Shown one piece after another: positions 1-12,379 of a stretch of DNA of 64,000 bases. The translations under genes and the position numbers were made by a program. The notes under the pieces were generated by a model. The model saw only the letters and a program-made list of their open reading frames with translations. It searched no databases and was not told where the DNA came from. This DNA is from Octopus vulgaris (taxonomy: Eukaryota), in assembly GCA_951406725.2 (NCBI GenBank), contig OX597821.1, positions 48,050,001-48,114,000 on the forward strand. Direction: 5' to 3'. How positions within the stretch are numbered: the stretch's first letter is position 1; every line of letters starts with the position of its first letter.

Positions 1-597
1 ATATTTAGAAAAATTAAAAGAAAAGTTTTTTTAAAAGAATATTTGTATAGTGTTTGAATATAAGTGGCATTTTCCTTGTTTCTGCCTGTCTCTGTCTCTT
101 TTGTTTACTCTTGTGGGTTCAAGGTCCATGTGAATTCTTGGTAGGGAAGAAGAAGAAGAAGGAGGAGGAGCAGGGGGAGAAGGGGAGGAAGAATTAGGGA
201 TTGCCTTGATTGTGGTTACTTGCAGTTCCTGCTGTTCAATTCATGAAAATATTTCTATTAAAAGGTTTGTTTAAAGAATTTACGTAGGTGTTACACTAAA
301 ATGCTTTTTAGTATAACACCTAAGCAAATTCTTTAAACAAACCTTTCAATAGAAATATTTTCATGAATTGAACAGCAGGAACTACTAGCAACCACTGACC
401 AACAACAATCAAGGCAATCCCAAATTCTTCCTCCCCTTCTCCCCCTCCTCCTCCTTCTTATTTCCCCCTCCCCCGGACCTTGAACCCACAAGAGTAAACA
501 AGAGAGACAGAGACAGGCAGAAACAAGGAAAATGCCACTTATATTCAAACACTATACAAATATTCTTTTAAAAAAACTTTTTTAATTTTTCTAAATT
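1..597. repeat. Long imperfect inverted repeat (about 295-bp arms, centre about 301-304), probably an inverted duplication of a Penelope-like 3' end
   Basis: 1-300 is the reverse complement of about 305-597 (e.g. gtttactcttgtgggttcaaggtcc vs ggaccttgaacccacaagagtaaac). A hammerhead-like motif follows the right arm. The left arm is cut off by the window edge. Confidence 0.9.
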
Positions 598-614
598 TAA
601 TTTTTTAATTGTTA

Positions 615-651
615 CAGCTGAAAAGGTCTCAAATGACTGAAACCGGCACTG
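615..651 (+). ncRNA. Degenerate minimal type-I hammerhead ribozyme-like motif
   Basis: CAG-CTGAAAA-GGTC-tcaaat-GACT-GAAA-CCGG-CA-CTG: stem I CAG/CTG, stem II GGTC/GACT, palindromic stem III. The core differs from consensus at G8 and U16.1. Confidence 0.6.
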
Positions 652-738
652 AAATGTTCTTTATAAAATTATTTTAGCATTTTCTATCTTGACTTGTTTT
701 TTCATATATATCAACTCGTGTATCCCACTTCGTCCTTA

Positions 739-797
<59 letters not shown>

Positions 798-2349
798 GTA
801 TGTATGTATATGTATGTGTGTGTATGTTTGTATGTCAGTGATGATGATGATACTAAATAGAGAAACACTGGTTGGCAACAAAACTACACTCTACAAAAAT
901 CCCCCCACTCCACAAGAATAGATAATTTATAATGTTTGACTATCCCCACCTCCATTATGATCCAACTATTGGCACATAGTAATTACTTCAAGATAAGCAG
1001 GATACACAACAGGTACATTATTTACTGCCTCTGATTACTTTCTACTAAACAATCAACACACAAAAACATCCATCCTTAACTACACTATTAACTAAAGAAA
1101 GTGAATATTACTAAAAAGTGGTCAAGTTTACTTTATCATAAATGAAAAATAGAGAAACTTTTCTGTACACTTGAAAAGTTACTGTACTAACTTGATAACA
1201 ATATGGTTAAAATTTGTAGATGAGGCTGTGTCAAGACGATTCCACAGTTTCCACTAGGTGATTTATTTCTGCTAAAAAGGATATTCTTTCAACTTAGCTC
1301 ACTTTTTCTTATACATTCATTTGCGTGTATGTTTCTGCATGTACATAGCTATATGTCTGTATATGTGAGTGAGTATGTTTATATAGTTGCATTGGAAAAA
1401 ATAACCAAGTGTTGTTTGAGAATCAGTCCTTCTTAAGATATGTTGCATCATTGCATTGCAGTAAGAAATATCCACCTTTGTGTTTGCAATAAATCAGGTG
1501 TGAAACCCATTAGCTTTTTTCACAAATGTTTTCACATCTTCCATGATAGAGGTTATTACAGTTGCCTTGGATTTTGAAAGAATTGAAAGGAAATGAAATT
1601 CAGCTCCTGTTTTGTTTCTCTCCGGCATTGCTTCACCATAGCCACATTTTATTGGCTAGAACAAGTAAAAGTGATTGCTCTAAAACAGCAAGTTAAATAT
1701 CAGAAATTTAATTGGTGTTTGGAGAGTTCATATTGATTGATATAAAATACAGTTTGAGTACTCTGTGAGTTTAATATCTTTTCAAGAATCAGGAAGATGT
1801 CATACCCCATTTCCCATGTCTCATTCTTTAATAGCAAGATAGTTAATCACACCTCCAGGAATATTCCTCATTGTGAAATATCATGCAACCAAGTCCATCA
1901 TGTTTTTATCAAAGATTAATGAATATGTCGATTAAAGTGTTTTTGTCAGGTGATATCAATTTTCACTCTAAAATTGACTTTATTTTATTTTTATTTTAGT
2001 TCAACAACTTAAAATTTAAAAGACCAGAAAGCTGTGCAGTTCTTTACCTCCTACCACCACTGCAAAATATATTTGTAACACAGAGGGAGTGAATTTCACT
2101 TAGCTGTAATTATTATTTCCCTCCAGTAATTTCTGATTGAATCAGTGTTCAAAACATTCCAACCATGAACAACCAATCTAATTTCAGACATAGTATCAAC
2201 GTGTATGCATTAACTAATGTTTTCTTCAACCAAATGTCCCTTTTTTTTTAGGGACATTTGGTTGATATGTCTTCAGTAGCAAGCAATCACATACAGGATT
2301 TGTCATTGACTTGGCTTCTTTGTCTTTTTGTAAACTGTCTTAGTTTTAT

Positions 2350-3675
2350 TCACTTGAGCTAACAACTTTTGTTTTATGGTCGTTCTCATGAGAAACTAAC
2401 CTCTGCTTTATAGTCCTACATGTGTGGCACTAATATCTGTGTTTTAATTCAACTTTTCTGGATTAAACCTTTAGCCATTGGTTCAATGTGTAAGAGATAA
2501 CCAATACTGATTCTACTTGTTTACTTCTGAATTATGGTTCTACATAGGAGGCTCATCAGAAGTGAGCCTTTCTGTTATGGTTCCATTTATCTGGAGTTAA
2601 GCTCTATCTAAGGTTCTACTCATCTGCAATATACTTCTGATTTATGATTCTACTTGTCTGCTGTTTGAAGCTAACTAATGTCTTTCTTTAAAACTAACTA
2701 TGTATTAGTTCTACTCATCTGGAGCCAACTTTTAGGTTGTGGAGCTAACCTCCATCTTAATCATCTGAGCTTAAATTATTCATCTGGTTTTATGGTAAAA
2801 TTTTAAAAGAAACATGAAGATCAGCAATTCATTACTTATCCTGTTTTGAATTTACTCTTCCAGTTTTAAATGTACTCATCATATTTTAAATTTATTAAGT
2901 TTACTGCAAAATTGCTTATCTTGTTTTGAATATTTTTGGCTTGATTTAAAATTAATCTTCTTTTAAATTCATTCATCTGGCTTTATATTTAATCATATTG
3001 TTTTAAATTTACTCATCTGATTTTAAATTTACTCATCTTGGTTTAAATCATTTACCATTCTGGTTTTAAATTTACTCATCTGTTGGCACTCTGTCAGTTA
3101 CGATGACAAGGGTTCCAGTTGATCTGATCAATGGAACAGCTTGCTCATGAAATTAACGTGCAAGTGGCTGAGCATTCCACAGACACATGTACCCTTAACG
3201 TAGTTCTCGGGGGAGATTCAGCGTGATACAGAGTGTGACAAGGCTGGCCCGTTGAAATACAGGTACAACAGAAACAGGAAGGTAGAGTGAGAGAAAGTTG
3301 TGGTGAAAGAGTACAGCAGGGTTCACCACCACCCCCTGCCGGAGCCTCGTGGAGCTTTAGGTGCTTTCACTCAATAAACACTCACAACACCCGGTCTGGG
3401 AATCGAAACCGCAATCCTATGACCACGAGTCCGCTGCCCTAAACACTGGGCCATTGCACCTCCAAATTTACTCATCTAATTTCCAGTTAACTTTACCAGT
3501 TTAAAATTTACTTGTCCTATAAATTTATTCATTTGGTTTAAAATGTATTCATCTGCCTTGAAATTTACTAATCTTGTTTAAAATTTGCTCACTTGATTTC
3601 AGATTTATTCAGTTTTTAATTTTCCCATCTGATTTAAAATTTACTCATCTTGTTTTGAATTTACTCACTTGGAGG
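2350..3675. repeat. Degenerate minisatellite array built around a TACTCATCTG core, interrupted by a SINE
   Basis: Units like ttctactcatctggagctaac occur at about 2350-2770. Units of about 21 bp, ttttaaatttactcatctg, occur at about 2770-3080 and 3464-3675. Confidence 0.7.
3082..3463 (-). mobile_element. tRNA-derived SINE with apparent 14-bp target-site duplication
   Basis: The minus strand begins ggaggtgcaaTGGCCCAGTGtt (A box) followed by GGTTTCGATTCCC (B box). aaatttactcatct occurs at both 3068-3081 and 3464-3477. Confidence 0.8.
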
Positions 3676-4158
3676 TAAATCTTTACTACGGTACTTATGA
3701 CACATCAGTAAATATTTCTGTCAGTGTTATTTCAACAATCAATATGTTAATTATCTTATTGCTAATCTAGTAAATGCAAAGACCGTTAAAGTAGAAACAC
3801 AACAAAAGTTGTTGCCCTTACTTGCCAAGATTAAAATTAATATTTCTGTCACTAAACTAATACTTTCTTCTCTACATTAAGTAAGTAGAATTAATTAATT
3901 AGATTTTACTGCCATCACCATGTAATGATGTCACTGACTCGTATGTTTCAACAACAGATTTGTCAATGTTCCTTCACAACTAAAGGATTAGTCTGATTTT
4001 TAAAAAAAAGGAAAACAAAATGTCAATCTGGAATAAATTGGCAGTTTAACTTAATGGTTATTTTGAAATTATAAAAAAGAAAATGTATTTTGATTATTTT
4101 GTTTGTTTTAAAATGTTTAACAACAATTTAAGTATTAAAGATATTTAGGATTACTCAC

Positions 4159-4188
4159 CTTATCGTTTGTGTCTCTAGTATCCTCCAT
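4159..4188 (-). CDS. Candidate first coding segment (MEDTRDTNDK) in a 52-nt exon at 4210-4159 of an unidentified host gene
   Basis: Minus strand reads ttgttgtttattcag|GCCATT...TAA ATG GAG GAT ACT AGA GAC ACA AAC GAT AAG|gtgagt. It has an acceptor, a consensus donor and an in-frame stop just before the ATG, in non-repetitive context. There is no homology support. Confidence 0.45.
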
Positions 4189-4755
4189 TTAGAAAACACA
4201 GATTAATGGCCTGAATAAACAACAACAAACTAATATGTAATATATAAAACAAATTTCATACAAATAGAAGTGTGACTATTAACGAAAGCAATTTCTCAAA
4301 TCAGAGATCAACTTCAGAGACACTGCTAACAGTTTACTCTTTAAAAAAGCAAAAAAAGCGAAAACGAATGTATTTTGCTTTTATTTTGGTGGATCTTTTT
4401 TGGTGGGTTTTTTTTTTTTGTTTTACATAATGTTTAAGAAGCATTTAAAAGACTATAGGTAAACTGAAGAACTGTAGACATTCGGTGAATACATTCATAA
4501 TGTAAGTAATAATTTGATGAAAGAATAAAAACCGTTTCAAAATACCAAAAAATTGTACTCTAAACTTTTAAAGCAAAAGTAGTTTAAAATGTGACAGTAA
4601 TCTTTCTATCTCTGCAGTTTCTTCACACACACGCAAACACACACATACACGTACATATAAGTACATATATTTGTGTGTGTGTGTATGTATATATATATGT
4701 GGGGGGGTATATATGCACGCGTATATATATATATATATATATATATGCATGTGTG

Positions 4756-4786
<31 letters not shown>

Positions 4787-4789
4787 GTT

Positions 4790-5070
4790 TCCTTCAACCA
4801 AATGTCACTTTTTTTGTATTTATATTCGTGTAACATCGTCCATTTTCCCATCCTTGTTTCGTATACATTCAAAGCTTTTTTCCCAGTAATCTAATGCTCT
4901 TAGCTTAGTTTTTCCTTGGGGATGGCCAGATTGGAGCAATCTCAAAATTAATCAGCTGAAATTGTGAGGATGATCCAGTTCTTGACTGAAGATTAAAGGC
5001 TGCGAATGACCCCTCCATGTTTTTTGTATTGTCTATCTGGATGTTTTGTGTTCTTGTCCCATTTTGTACT
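4790..5070. repeat. Unclassified interspersed repeat, flanked by (TA)n
   Basis: Closely similar to about 47040-47320 and 63113-63230 (core aatcagccgaaattgcgaggatgatccggttcttgactgaagatta). Confidence 0.8.
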
Positions 5071-5267
5071 TATATATATATATATATATAGCGGAGTACA
5101 TACACTTTGTTCTCTTATATATATATATATATATATATATGGAGTTGGCAAATTGATCCTTTGCAGGAACTTTATCTCGTTTTATAGCATTATTGAGTGT
5201 GAGGGGTGGGAAGAGATATAAAATAGTACAAGAGGGCGAGGAATGGGTAGAAAGTGAGAGAAAGTGC

Positions 5268-5310
<43 letters not shown>

Positions 5311-5433
5311 TATCTGAAAGTAGTGTTAAAGTAAGAGAGAAGAAAAGGAAGAAGGAGAGGAAGAAGAAAAAAATTGTTGATATCTTTGCAGCTGGTCAGT
5401 CTTTCAATAGTAAATGATTCTTAGCTTTTAGAA

Positions 5434-6060
5434 ATGACAATCCCAGCTTGTCACTCCAAGGGTTTGCTGAAAGAGTGTGAAAAATTGTTGAAAAAGGAAG
5501 TCAATACTTTAAAATTAACGCCACCAGAGGAATTAACGAACAGTGTGACAAAAAGAACTATTATATTTAAAACACTGAAGGTGTCATCCAGGAAAATAGA
5601 AATAGCAACCATTGAAGCTATTAAAGAGAGCTTAAAAGAAATTTAGAAATTCACCACGTTCATCACATGAGGAAGGAAGTATGGCACAGTGGAGGTGCAA
5701 TTCACAACGAAAGACGAAGCGATAAAGCACTCCACTGAAGCCATAAAAACAGAAGAATGAGTACTTTTACCAATGTACTGTGACAAGCATGTTGCCAGGG
5801 TGAGAGTGAGTAAATCACCCCTAGAAATAAATGAAACGTGGTTGGTAGCAGCAATTATGCTCAACATGGAAGATCATGCAAAGATACTGAGTGACGAGGA
5901 CCAAAAGATTAAATTGATGAGGTTATGGCATAGAGATGTTCATACAAGCAAGTTTATATGACCTAAACAGGATTGCAGAGGAAATAGATAGTTTTACCCG
6001 AGGATGTGAGGCTGAGAGTGATAGTGGAGAGTAGGCAAACCAGAGGGCTATGCCAAGTTC
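5434..6060 (+). pseudogene. Decayed ORF1-like region of a non-LTR retrotransposon, probably Tx1/L1 clade
   Basis: A protein-like frame continues through stops: KRTIIFKTL...GRKYGTVEVQF...VLLPMYC...RVRV...WLVAAI and LPEDVRLRVIVESR. The clade call rests on resemblance only. Confidence 0.5.
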
Positions 6061-7153
6061 TATAGTCTGTTTTGGCATGGCTTCTATGGTTGTTTGCTCT
6101 TCCTAATGCCAGCCATTTTACAAAGTATATTGGGTGCTTTTTTCGTTGCACCAGCATTGGTGGGGTCACCAAGTAACTTGCAAAAGAAGACAGAGTCCCC
6201 TAGAGTGGGGTGAATAGTATAGAGGAAGGTGGTTATGTGCCAGTTGATGAGAAGTTAAAAGAATAGAGATAGCTGTGTCTTGCCATAGAAGAGATACAAG
6301 GATATCCCAGTTGGAGAAGAAGGGAGAAGGAAACTTAAAGAGAAAGGATAGAGATGGAGATTGAGAGAAAAGATGGATATGTGTCAGCACATACTATCAA
6401 GACACAGTGGGAGAGAATATGGGTGAAGTGATACAAAAGATTAAACTGAGTGGGGAAAGAATAGACATATGTCAATCTGTCTGTCTCTCTCCCCCCTCCT
6501 CTCTCTCTCTCTTTGTGTGTGTGTGTGTGTGTAATTAGTTGATGTATTTTGAGCAAAACTAAAATTTTACATGCCATACTTGAAATTCTTATTATCTTTT
6601 GCATCAACAACCCAATCTTTTCATCTTTTATTCTGTTACTAGTTTCAGTCATTAGACATTGGCCATTCTGTGGCACTATTCTCAAAGCTTTAAATAATGA
6701 TAACAACCCAATACTTGGTCTTGGAAATATCAGAGGAGGGAGAAAGATCAAGTCAACCAAGTGAGAAAAGAAAGACTGAAATACATGTATATCCTTTTCA
6801 TTGAGTTTCCTGGAGGAAATACAAAAAGTTTATAGACATGTACCGAAAGAAATTAACAAATCAATTAACAGAGAAGCTACAGCTATTTCGTGTGTGTGCA
6901 TGCGCGATTGTGTGTGTATGTGTGTATGTGTGTGTTTATTGAGAGAATAAATATTCCTAAGTACGACATCTCTTTTAACACATTATTGTATATCAAAAAT
7001 TTTCCTGACACATCTGCAAACTTCTCATTGAATTTCCTGCAGGAACTCAATGAAAAGATTATAAGTGCATTTTGATCCATCTCAGTTATATCCCTTTATG
7101 CACAGTTTTCTTAGTCTTCTTTTATTTTCTGAGATTGATATAATAAATATCAT

Positions 7154-7320
7154 GGCGGTGCCCCAGCATGGCCACAGCTCGTGAGCTGAAACTAGAATCA
7201 ATCAATCAAAAATACTAAGTTTTGGGTTGATTTAATTTACTAAAAGCCTTGACGTGAATGCTCCAGCATGGCCACAGTCTAATGACTGAAGGAAGAAGAG
7301 AATAAAAGACTAAAAGAATA
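7154..7320 (+). mobile_element. Two retroposon 3'-tail fragments
   Basis: ggcggtgccccagcatggccacagctcgtgagctgaaac plus (aatc)n, and gctccagcatggccacagtctaatgactgaa. Both match the tail of the SINE at 53376-53415. Confidence 0.65.
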
Positions 7321-9347
7321 CAATATGATTTAGTTGTTGAAACAATAGACAATAAGAATTTGATGTATGGCATGTGAAATTGTAGTTTTGTTGAGACCTC
7401 TACCTAGTAATTCTTTGATGTGGAACAGATTTATAGAAGGTTACATTATATATATATATATATATCTTGTACATGTAAACTATATTATTATGATACTGAG
7501 ATTATGGCTAGATTTTACATTCATACAAATACTGATACAGCAATAGTTTAGTCTGAAGCAACACAGAAACATCATCATCATCATCATCGTTTAACGTCCG
7601 CTTTCCATGCTAGCATGGGTAAGGTGTAAAATCAGAATTTATTTCTGTATAAATCACTGATTCATGTTGTATATAAATATCAGTGCAGAGGACACTTGAA
7701 CACCTTGCAAACAGAGCTAGCTAGCAGCATGAAAACATATGGCTTAAACTGAAATAGTAAACTCTTGGTATTAGGAAGGAAAGAGACAAATCTGAGATGG
7801 GAATCTCACGGCATTTGCTTTGCCGTCTTTTTTGCCTTTAAAGGTTTCTAGAAGTATCATAGAATAATTCTCATATATATTCATGTATACATTCACATCT
7901 GCACATTAACTCTTTTTCTCTTTCTCTCTCTCTCTCTTTCTTTCCATAGAAATAGATGCAGATAGTTGATCTTACATGAAAATCAGATAAAACTATGCCA
8001 AATATGATTCAGGTAATGATATACACGAAACTAGCTATTGCTGTGTGTGTGTGTGTGTTGCATGCACTGTCATTTGGGTGGCCTTAAATTGTTTTGGCTA
8101 TTTTTGCTATTCAGTTGTTACCATGACTAAAATCATGCTAGAACATCATTTATATGCTTGAAAATGTTGGAAAAATAAATGAATTTCAAGTATTGTGAAT
8201 TGTAATAGCTATCATGATAATCTGTGAGAGTATGAGAGAAAGTTAGAGAAAGGAGATCTCATACTTAAGAGAGTTACATTCTTTTACAATGTGAATTCAA
8301 ATTCTGCTGGAATTCATTCTATTTTATGTCTTCTGAGGTTAACAAATATCTGCCATAAATTTTCTGGAATTCTTTCCATAATTCTTCCTCAAATTAAGCT
8401 ATAAGAACTAGGTCATCAGCAAACAAGAATTTCTACTGATAGACAGTCTTAAAATCCTTTGGTATATCCAAAAGAATGTTTCACCAATTTCGATATATGA
8501 ACATAAATATATCAATCAAAAATATAGATCTGTCTCAGAGAAAAATTTTAAATAATAAAAATGATGATCTTGAAGAAATGTAATTCTTTGGTCTTTTGTA
8601 CAAATATTCACACCAAGTAAATGTGTGAGGGGAAAAAATGTCCAATTTTCTTAGTTTTACTTGGCAGAATCTTTTCTCTAAGTAATTCAAGTTTAAAGTC
8701 ATTTTATTGGGAGAGGGAGAACTTTTGTGAAATTAGGTCTGCAATTGTGTTTTGTTATAAACATCAATTTTTCAAAGTATTTTTTGTTAGGCAAAATGTA
8801 TGTTGTAATTGTTTCTATCATTAATTATGTTATTTAAATTGTTCAAATTAATGTTATTTTCTGTCAGATACAAATAAAAAGAATATAAACAATGACTAAA
8901 ATAAAATATAATTTTTTTTTTAAATCATGGAAATCAACTGGCTAGGTTTATCCAGAACACCTCACAAAGTTGGCCTCTTAACACTCAACAAATCTGCTTC
9001 TGACAAGAGTGCTTATGAACAGCTCAAGTTTCAGACTGAGTAAGAAGTTCTTCAGAAACAGAGTGGACATGTGTTTTTAAGCAGAGGATTCACAAACTTG
9101 GCACCCAATTCTTCCCTGTTTGATATATAATTACATCCTTCATTTTCCTTCTGTTTCTTTATTAGATGTATCAGTTCTTTGTTTTATGAAGGGCTTCAAT
9201 TTGACACATAAAGAGACCTGAGCTTCATCCCAGTTTTTGCTTGCCTTTCTGTAGTTTAACACCCAGTCTTTTCTTTTCTTGGCTTTTCTGATGTCTCTGG
9301 CAGTTTGCCACCCCTGCTCACTATAATTAAGATAGAATTCTATATTT

Positions 9348-9349
<2 letters not shown>

Positions 9350-9411
<62 letters not shown>

Positions 9412-9643
9412 CATGAATAAAAGTTCTTGGTAAAGCACAAAATAATATATTAATAATGACAGAAAGAAAAATTAGTGAGAACTAATATTTTTCTGTTGTT
9501 GTAAATATATGCTTATACACATATACATGCACAGACAGACACACACATATATACACAAATATATACACACATACATATACATATATGTATATATATATAT
9601 AAAATATACTTATACACATACATATGTATAAATACATATATAT

Positions 9644-9683
<40 letters not shown>

Positions 9684-9686
9684 ATA

Positions 9687-9760
<74 letters not shown>

Positions 9761-9876
9761 TACACACAGATATATATATATATATTGATAAAAATGGTAA
9801 GACAACAAATATATATACACATATATATACATATATATAAACACACACACATATATATATATACACATACACACAG

Positions 9877-9960
<84 letters not shown>
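9350..9960. repeat. Compound microsatellites (TG)n, (TATC)n, (TA)n, (CA)n
   Basis: Directly visible in the sequence. Confidence 0.95.
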
Positions 9961-9964
<4 letters not shown>

Positions 9965-10672
9965 CTTAGAATAACTTAGAAAGGTTTTGGCCAGTATTGG
10001 CCCAGGCCATGTCTAACTTAATAGCACCACCTGGTGAAGTCTTTCAGTTCAGGATTTGGGCACCAAGGCCCATTCGAGCAGAGAGTTATTGTTTGCGGAG
10101 ACATATCCGGGTGTGGGTGGTTTGTCCGGTACTGTTTGAAGGAATTTGTCCAAAGACTTCTTGAATTTTGTGTGGTCAGTTTCTTTTTTGAAGTGCCCTG
10201 GTGTAATGTTGAAGAGAGCAGGTCCAATTGAGGTGAAATAGTTGTGCCGTATTGTCGTTATGTGATGCGATTTAGATTTTTGTTGTGGACGGATGGCACG
10301 TGGTCCAAGCCTTGGATGCATTTTGAAGGTGATGCCAACATCATTCGGACAGTGCTGGTGGAATATTTTCCACATCATACAGATAATGTAGCGTTCACGG
10401 CATCGTTGGAGTGAATACAATTTCAGCTTCTCTAGTCTACCCCAGTAGTCAAGGTCTGACATGCCATCTATCTTTTTTGTGATTGACCTTTGGGGAGCTT
10501 CAATTCTCATAATATTTTGTTTTGTGTAGGGAGACCACAGTGGACAGCAGTATTCAAGGTGGGGTCGGGCAAAAGTGGAGAAGAGAAGGATAATAGCGTG
10601 GGAATCTCTCGACTGGAAGGTTCTGAGAATCCAGGAACACATTCTGCGGGCCATGTCAACTTTGCTGCTTAT
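9961..10672 (-). mobile_element. 5'-truncated CR1/L2-group LINE: ORF2 C-terminus and 3' tail, inserted in (TA)n
   Basis: ORF 10049..10699(-) has RPHLEYCCPLWSP, IEAPQR..TK.I.G, Y..RL..L.LYSL..R, typical of the post-RT region of CR1/L2/jockey-group LINEs. There is a tandem terminal repeat (ataacttaga)x2. Confidence 0.85.
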
Positions 10673-10737
10673 ATGTGTAATATATATATATATATACATA
10701 TCTGTAATATAATATGTGACAATTATTTGGTTGCCAT

Positions 10738-10798
10738 AATAAAACTCCGAGTTTCGGATGTTGGGGTGGAAATCTGCTCCGGCATCTCTTCAGTTATT
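10738..10798 (-). ncRNA. Type-I hammerhead ribozyme-like motif
   Basis: Minus strand reads AATAA-CTGAAGA-GATG..22 nt..CATC-C-GAAA-CTC-G-GAG-T-T-TTATT. The CUGANGA/GAAA core is intact and stems I-III can form. Confidence 0.7.
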
Positions 10799-10832
10799 CA
10801 GACATCAAAAAATGCTATGAAAATGATGACTT

Positions 10833-10893
10833 AATAACTGACAAGATGCTGGAGCAGATTTCCGCCCTGACATCCGAAACTCAGAGTTTTATT
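10833..10893 (+). ncRNA. Type-I hammerhead-like motif with G8>A, mirror copy of 10738-10798
   Basis: AATAA-CTGACAA-GATG...CATC-C-GAAA-CTC-A-GAG-T-T-TTATT. Confidence 0.55.
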
Positions 10894-11110
10894 ATGGCAA
10901 CCAAATAATTGTCACATATTATATTACAGATATGTATATGGCAACTGAATAATTATCACATATATTACAGATAAATTCCTCTATTTACATAATATTGAGG
11001 TCTCGTTCATTCTTTTGTTGTCATACCATGACTATTAATATATATATATATATATATCAGAAATGCTAAATTTCTAAATCTCTTGTAGAGACATGTACGG
11101 TGGTGGGGTG

Positions 11111-11398
11111 ATAGAATGGTTGTATACTATCAATCTAACACGAACGTGACAGTTGTGGGGTACACCACCGCTGTATAGCCCTAGGAAGCATCAACGCCTC
11201 CTGATGGCTTTGACACATTTTTCCTGTGTCCTTATATACATTTACGAAGGGGTTTGTCTCCCCTTCGTAAATGTATGTAAGGACACAGGAAAAATGTGTA
11301 AAAGCCATCAGGAGGCGTCGATGCTTCCTAGGGCTATACAGTGGTGGTGTACCCCACTACTGTCACGTTCGTGTTAGATTGATAGTATACAACCATTC

Positions 11399-11401
<3 letters not shown>
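11111..11401. mobile_element. Foldback, MITE-like palindromic element (about 140-bp arms, about 7-nt loop)
   Basis: A near-perfect palindrome from atagaatggttgtatactatcaatc to gattgatagtatacaaccattctat, centred on gggg-tttgtct-cccc, with TA at both ends. Confidence 0.8.
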
Positions 11402-11460
<59 letters not shown>

Positions 11461-11590
11461 TATATATATATGCACACATATATATACATATATTTATATA
11501 TATATATATGCACACATGTATATACATATATATATTTATATATATATGTACATACACGTACATATATTTACACATGTATATATATGTGTA

Positions 11591-11638
<48 letters not shown>

Positions 11639-12379
11639 TACACACATACACCTGTGTGTGAGTGCATGTATGTATACAGAGAAACATATATAAGTGTATT
11701 TGCTCATATGAAGGTATGCACAAACATATACACACACTCTCACGTATATTCTTGTGGAATATATACATATATGTGCATGCATGTACGTTGTTAATGTGTT
11801 TGTGTGTATATACATGTGTGTATGTATGGTGGTGTATGTATATTGCATGTGTCTGTGTGTGTTTTCTGTTTTATAATCATGTGAGAAATATAAAAGATTA
11901 GATAGAAATATATTGCTAAGAAAATTGGATTTTTCCCCTAACACATCTATTTGGTGTGAATATTTGTATTGTAACAAAGACAAAAGAATTACATTTCTTC
12001 AAGACCATAGCTTTTATTGCTTCATTTTCTTCCTCTGAAACAGTTCTAATTTTTTTTTATTGTTATATGTTTTGTTTTAATATTGAATTTTGCGACAAAT
12101 ATTGTTGTTTGTTACAGGTTTTGTAAAGTACTAAGCACTATTTCTCTTATGTTTCTCATACCAAGAGCGACAAGAGAGTGGCCTCTACTTGGTGTAGAAC
12201 CAATTGTTACAAGTGACCTTTTGTTGAAGAATGCCAATTGTATAGTTTTCTCATTGATTTTACACTCCTTACCAATACATATTCACCTAAAATCTACATT
12301 TCTGTGCACACATGCATGAAAAAGACACACACAAAACACACACATGTATGTCCTGAATATGACTTTAAACTGCATCTAG

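Larger units (their letters stand above)
10694..10937. repeat. Inverted repeat (about 105-bp arms, about 34-bp spacer), each arm carrying a hammerhead-like motif
   Basis: 10694-10798 is the reverse complement of 10833-10937. A related single copy lies at 30292-30425. Confidence 0.9.

Noticed and set aside
2770-3675. CRISPR-like array
   Set aside because: The units are degenerate and contiguous with no unique spacers. The context is eukaryotic and there are no cas genes.
9672-9888. [12 protein letters not shown]-rich ORFs here and throughout (e.g. 4568-4894, 11363-11983, 12835-13086, 29996-30622, 48157-48389)
   Set aside because: They are translations of (TA)n, (TG)n and (TATG)n microsatellites, which lack stop codons.
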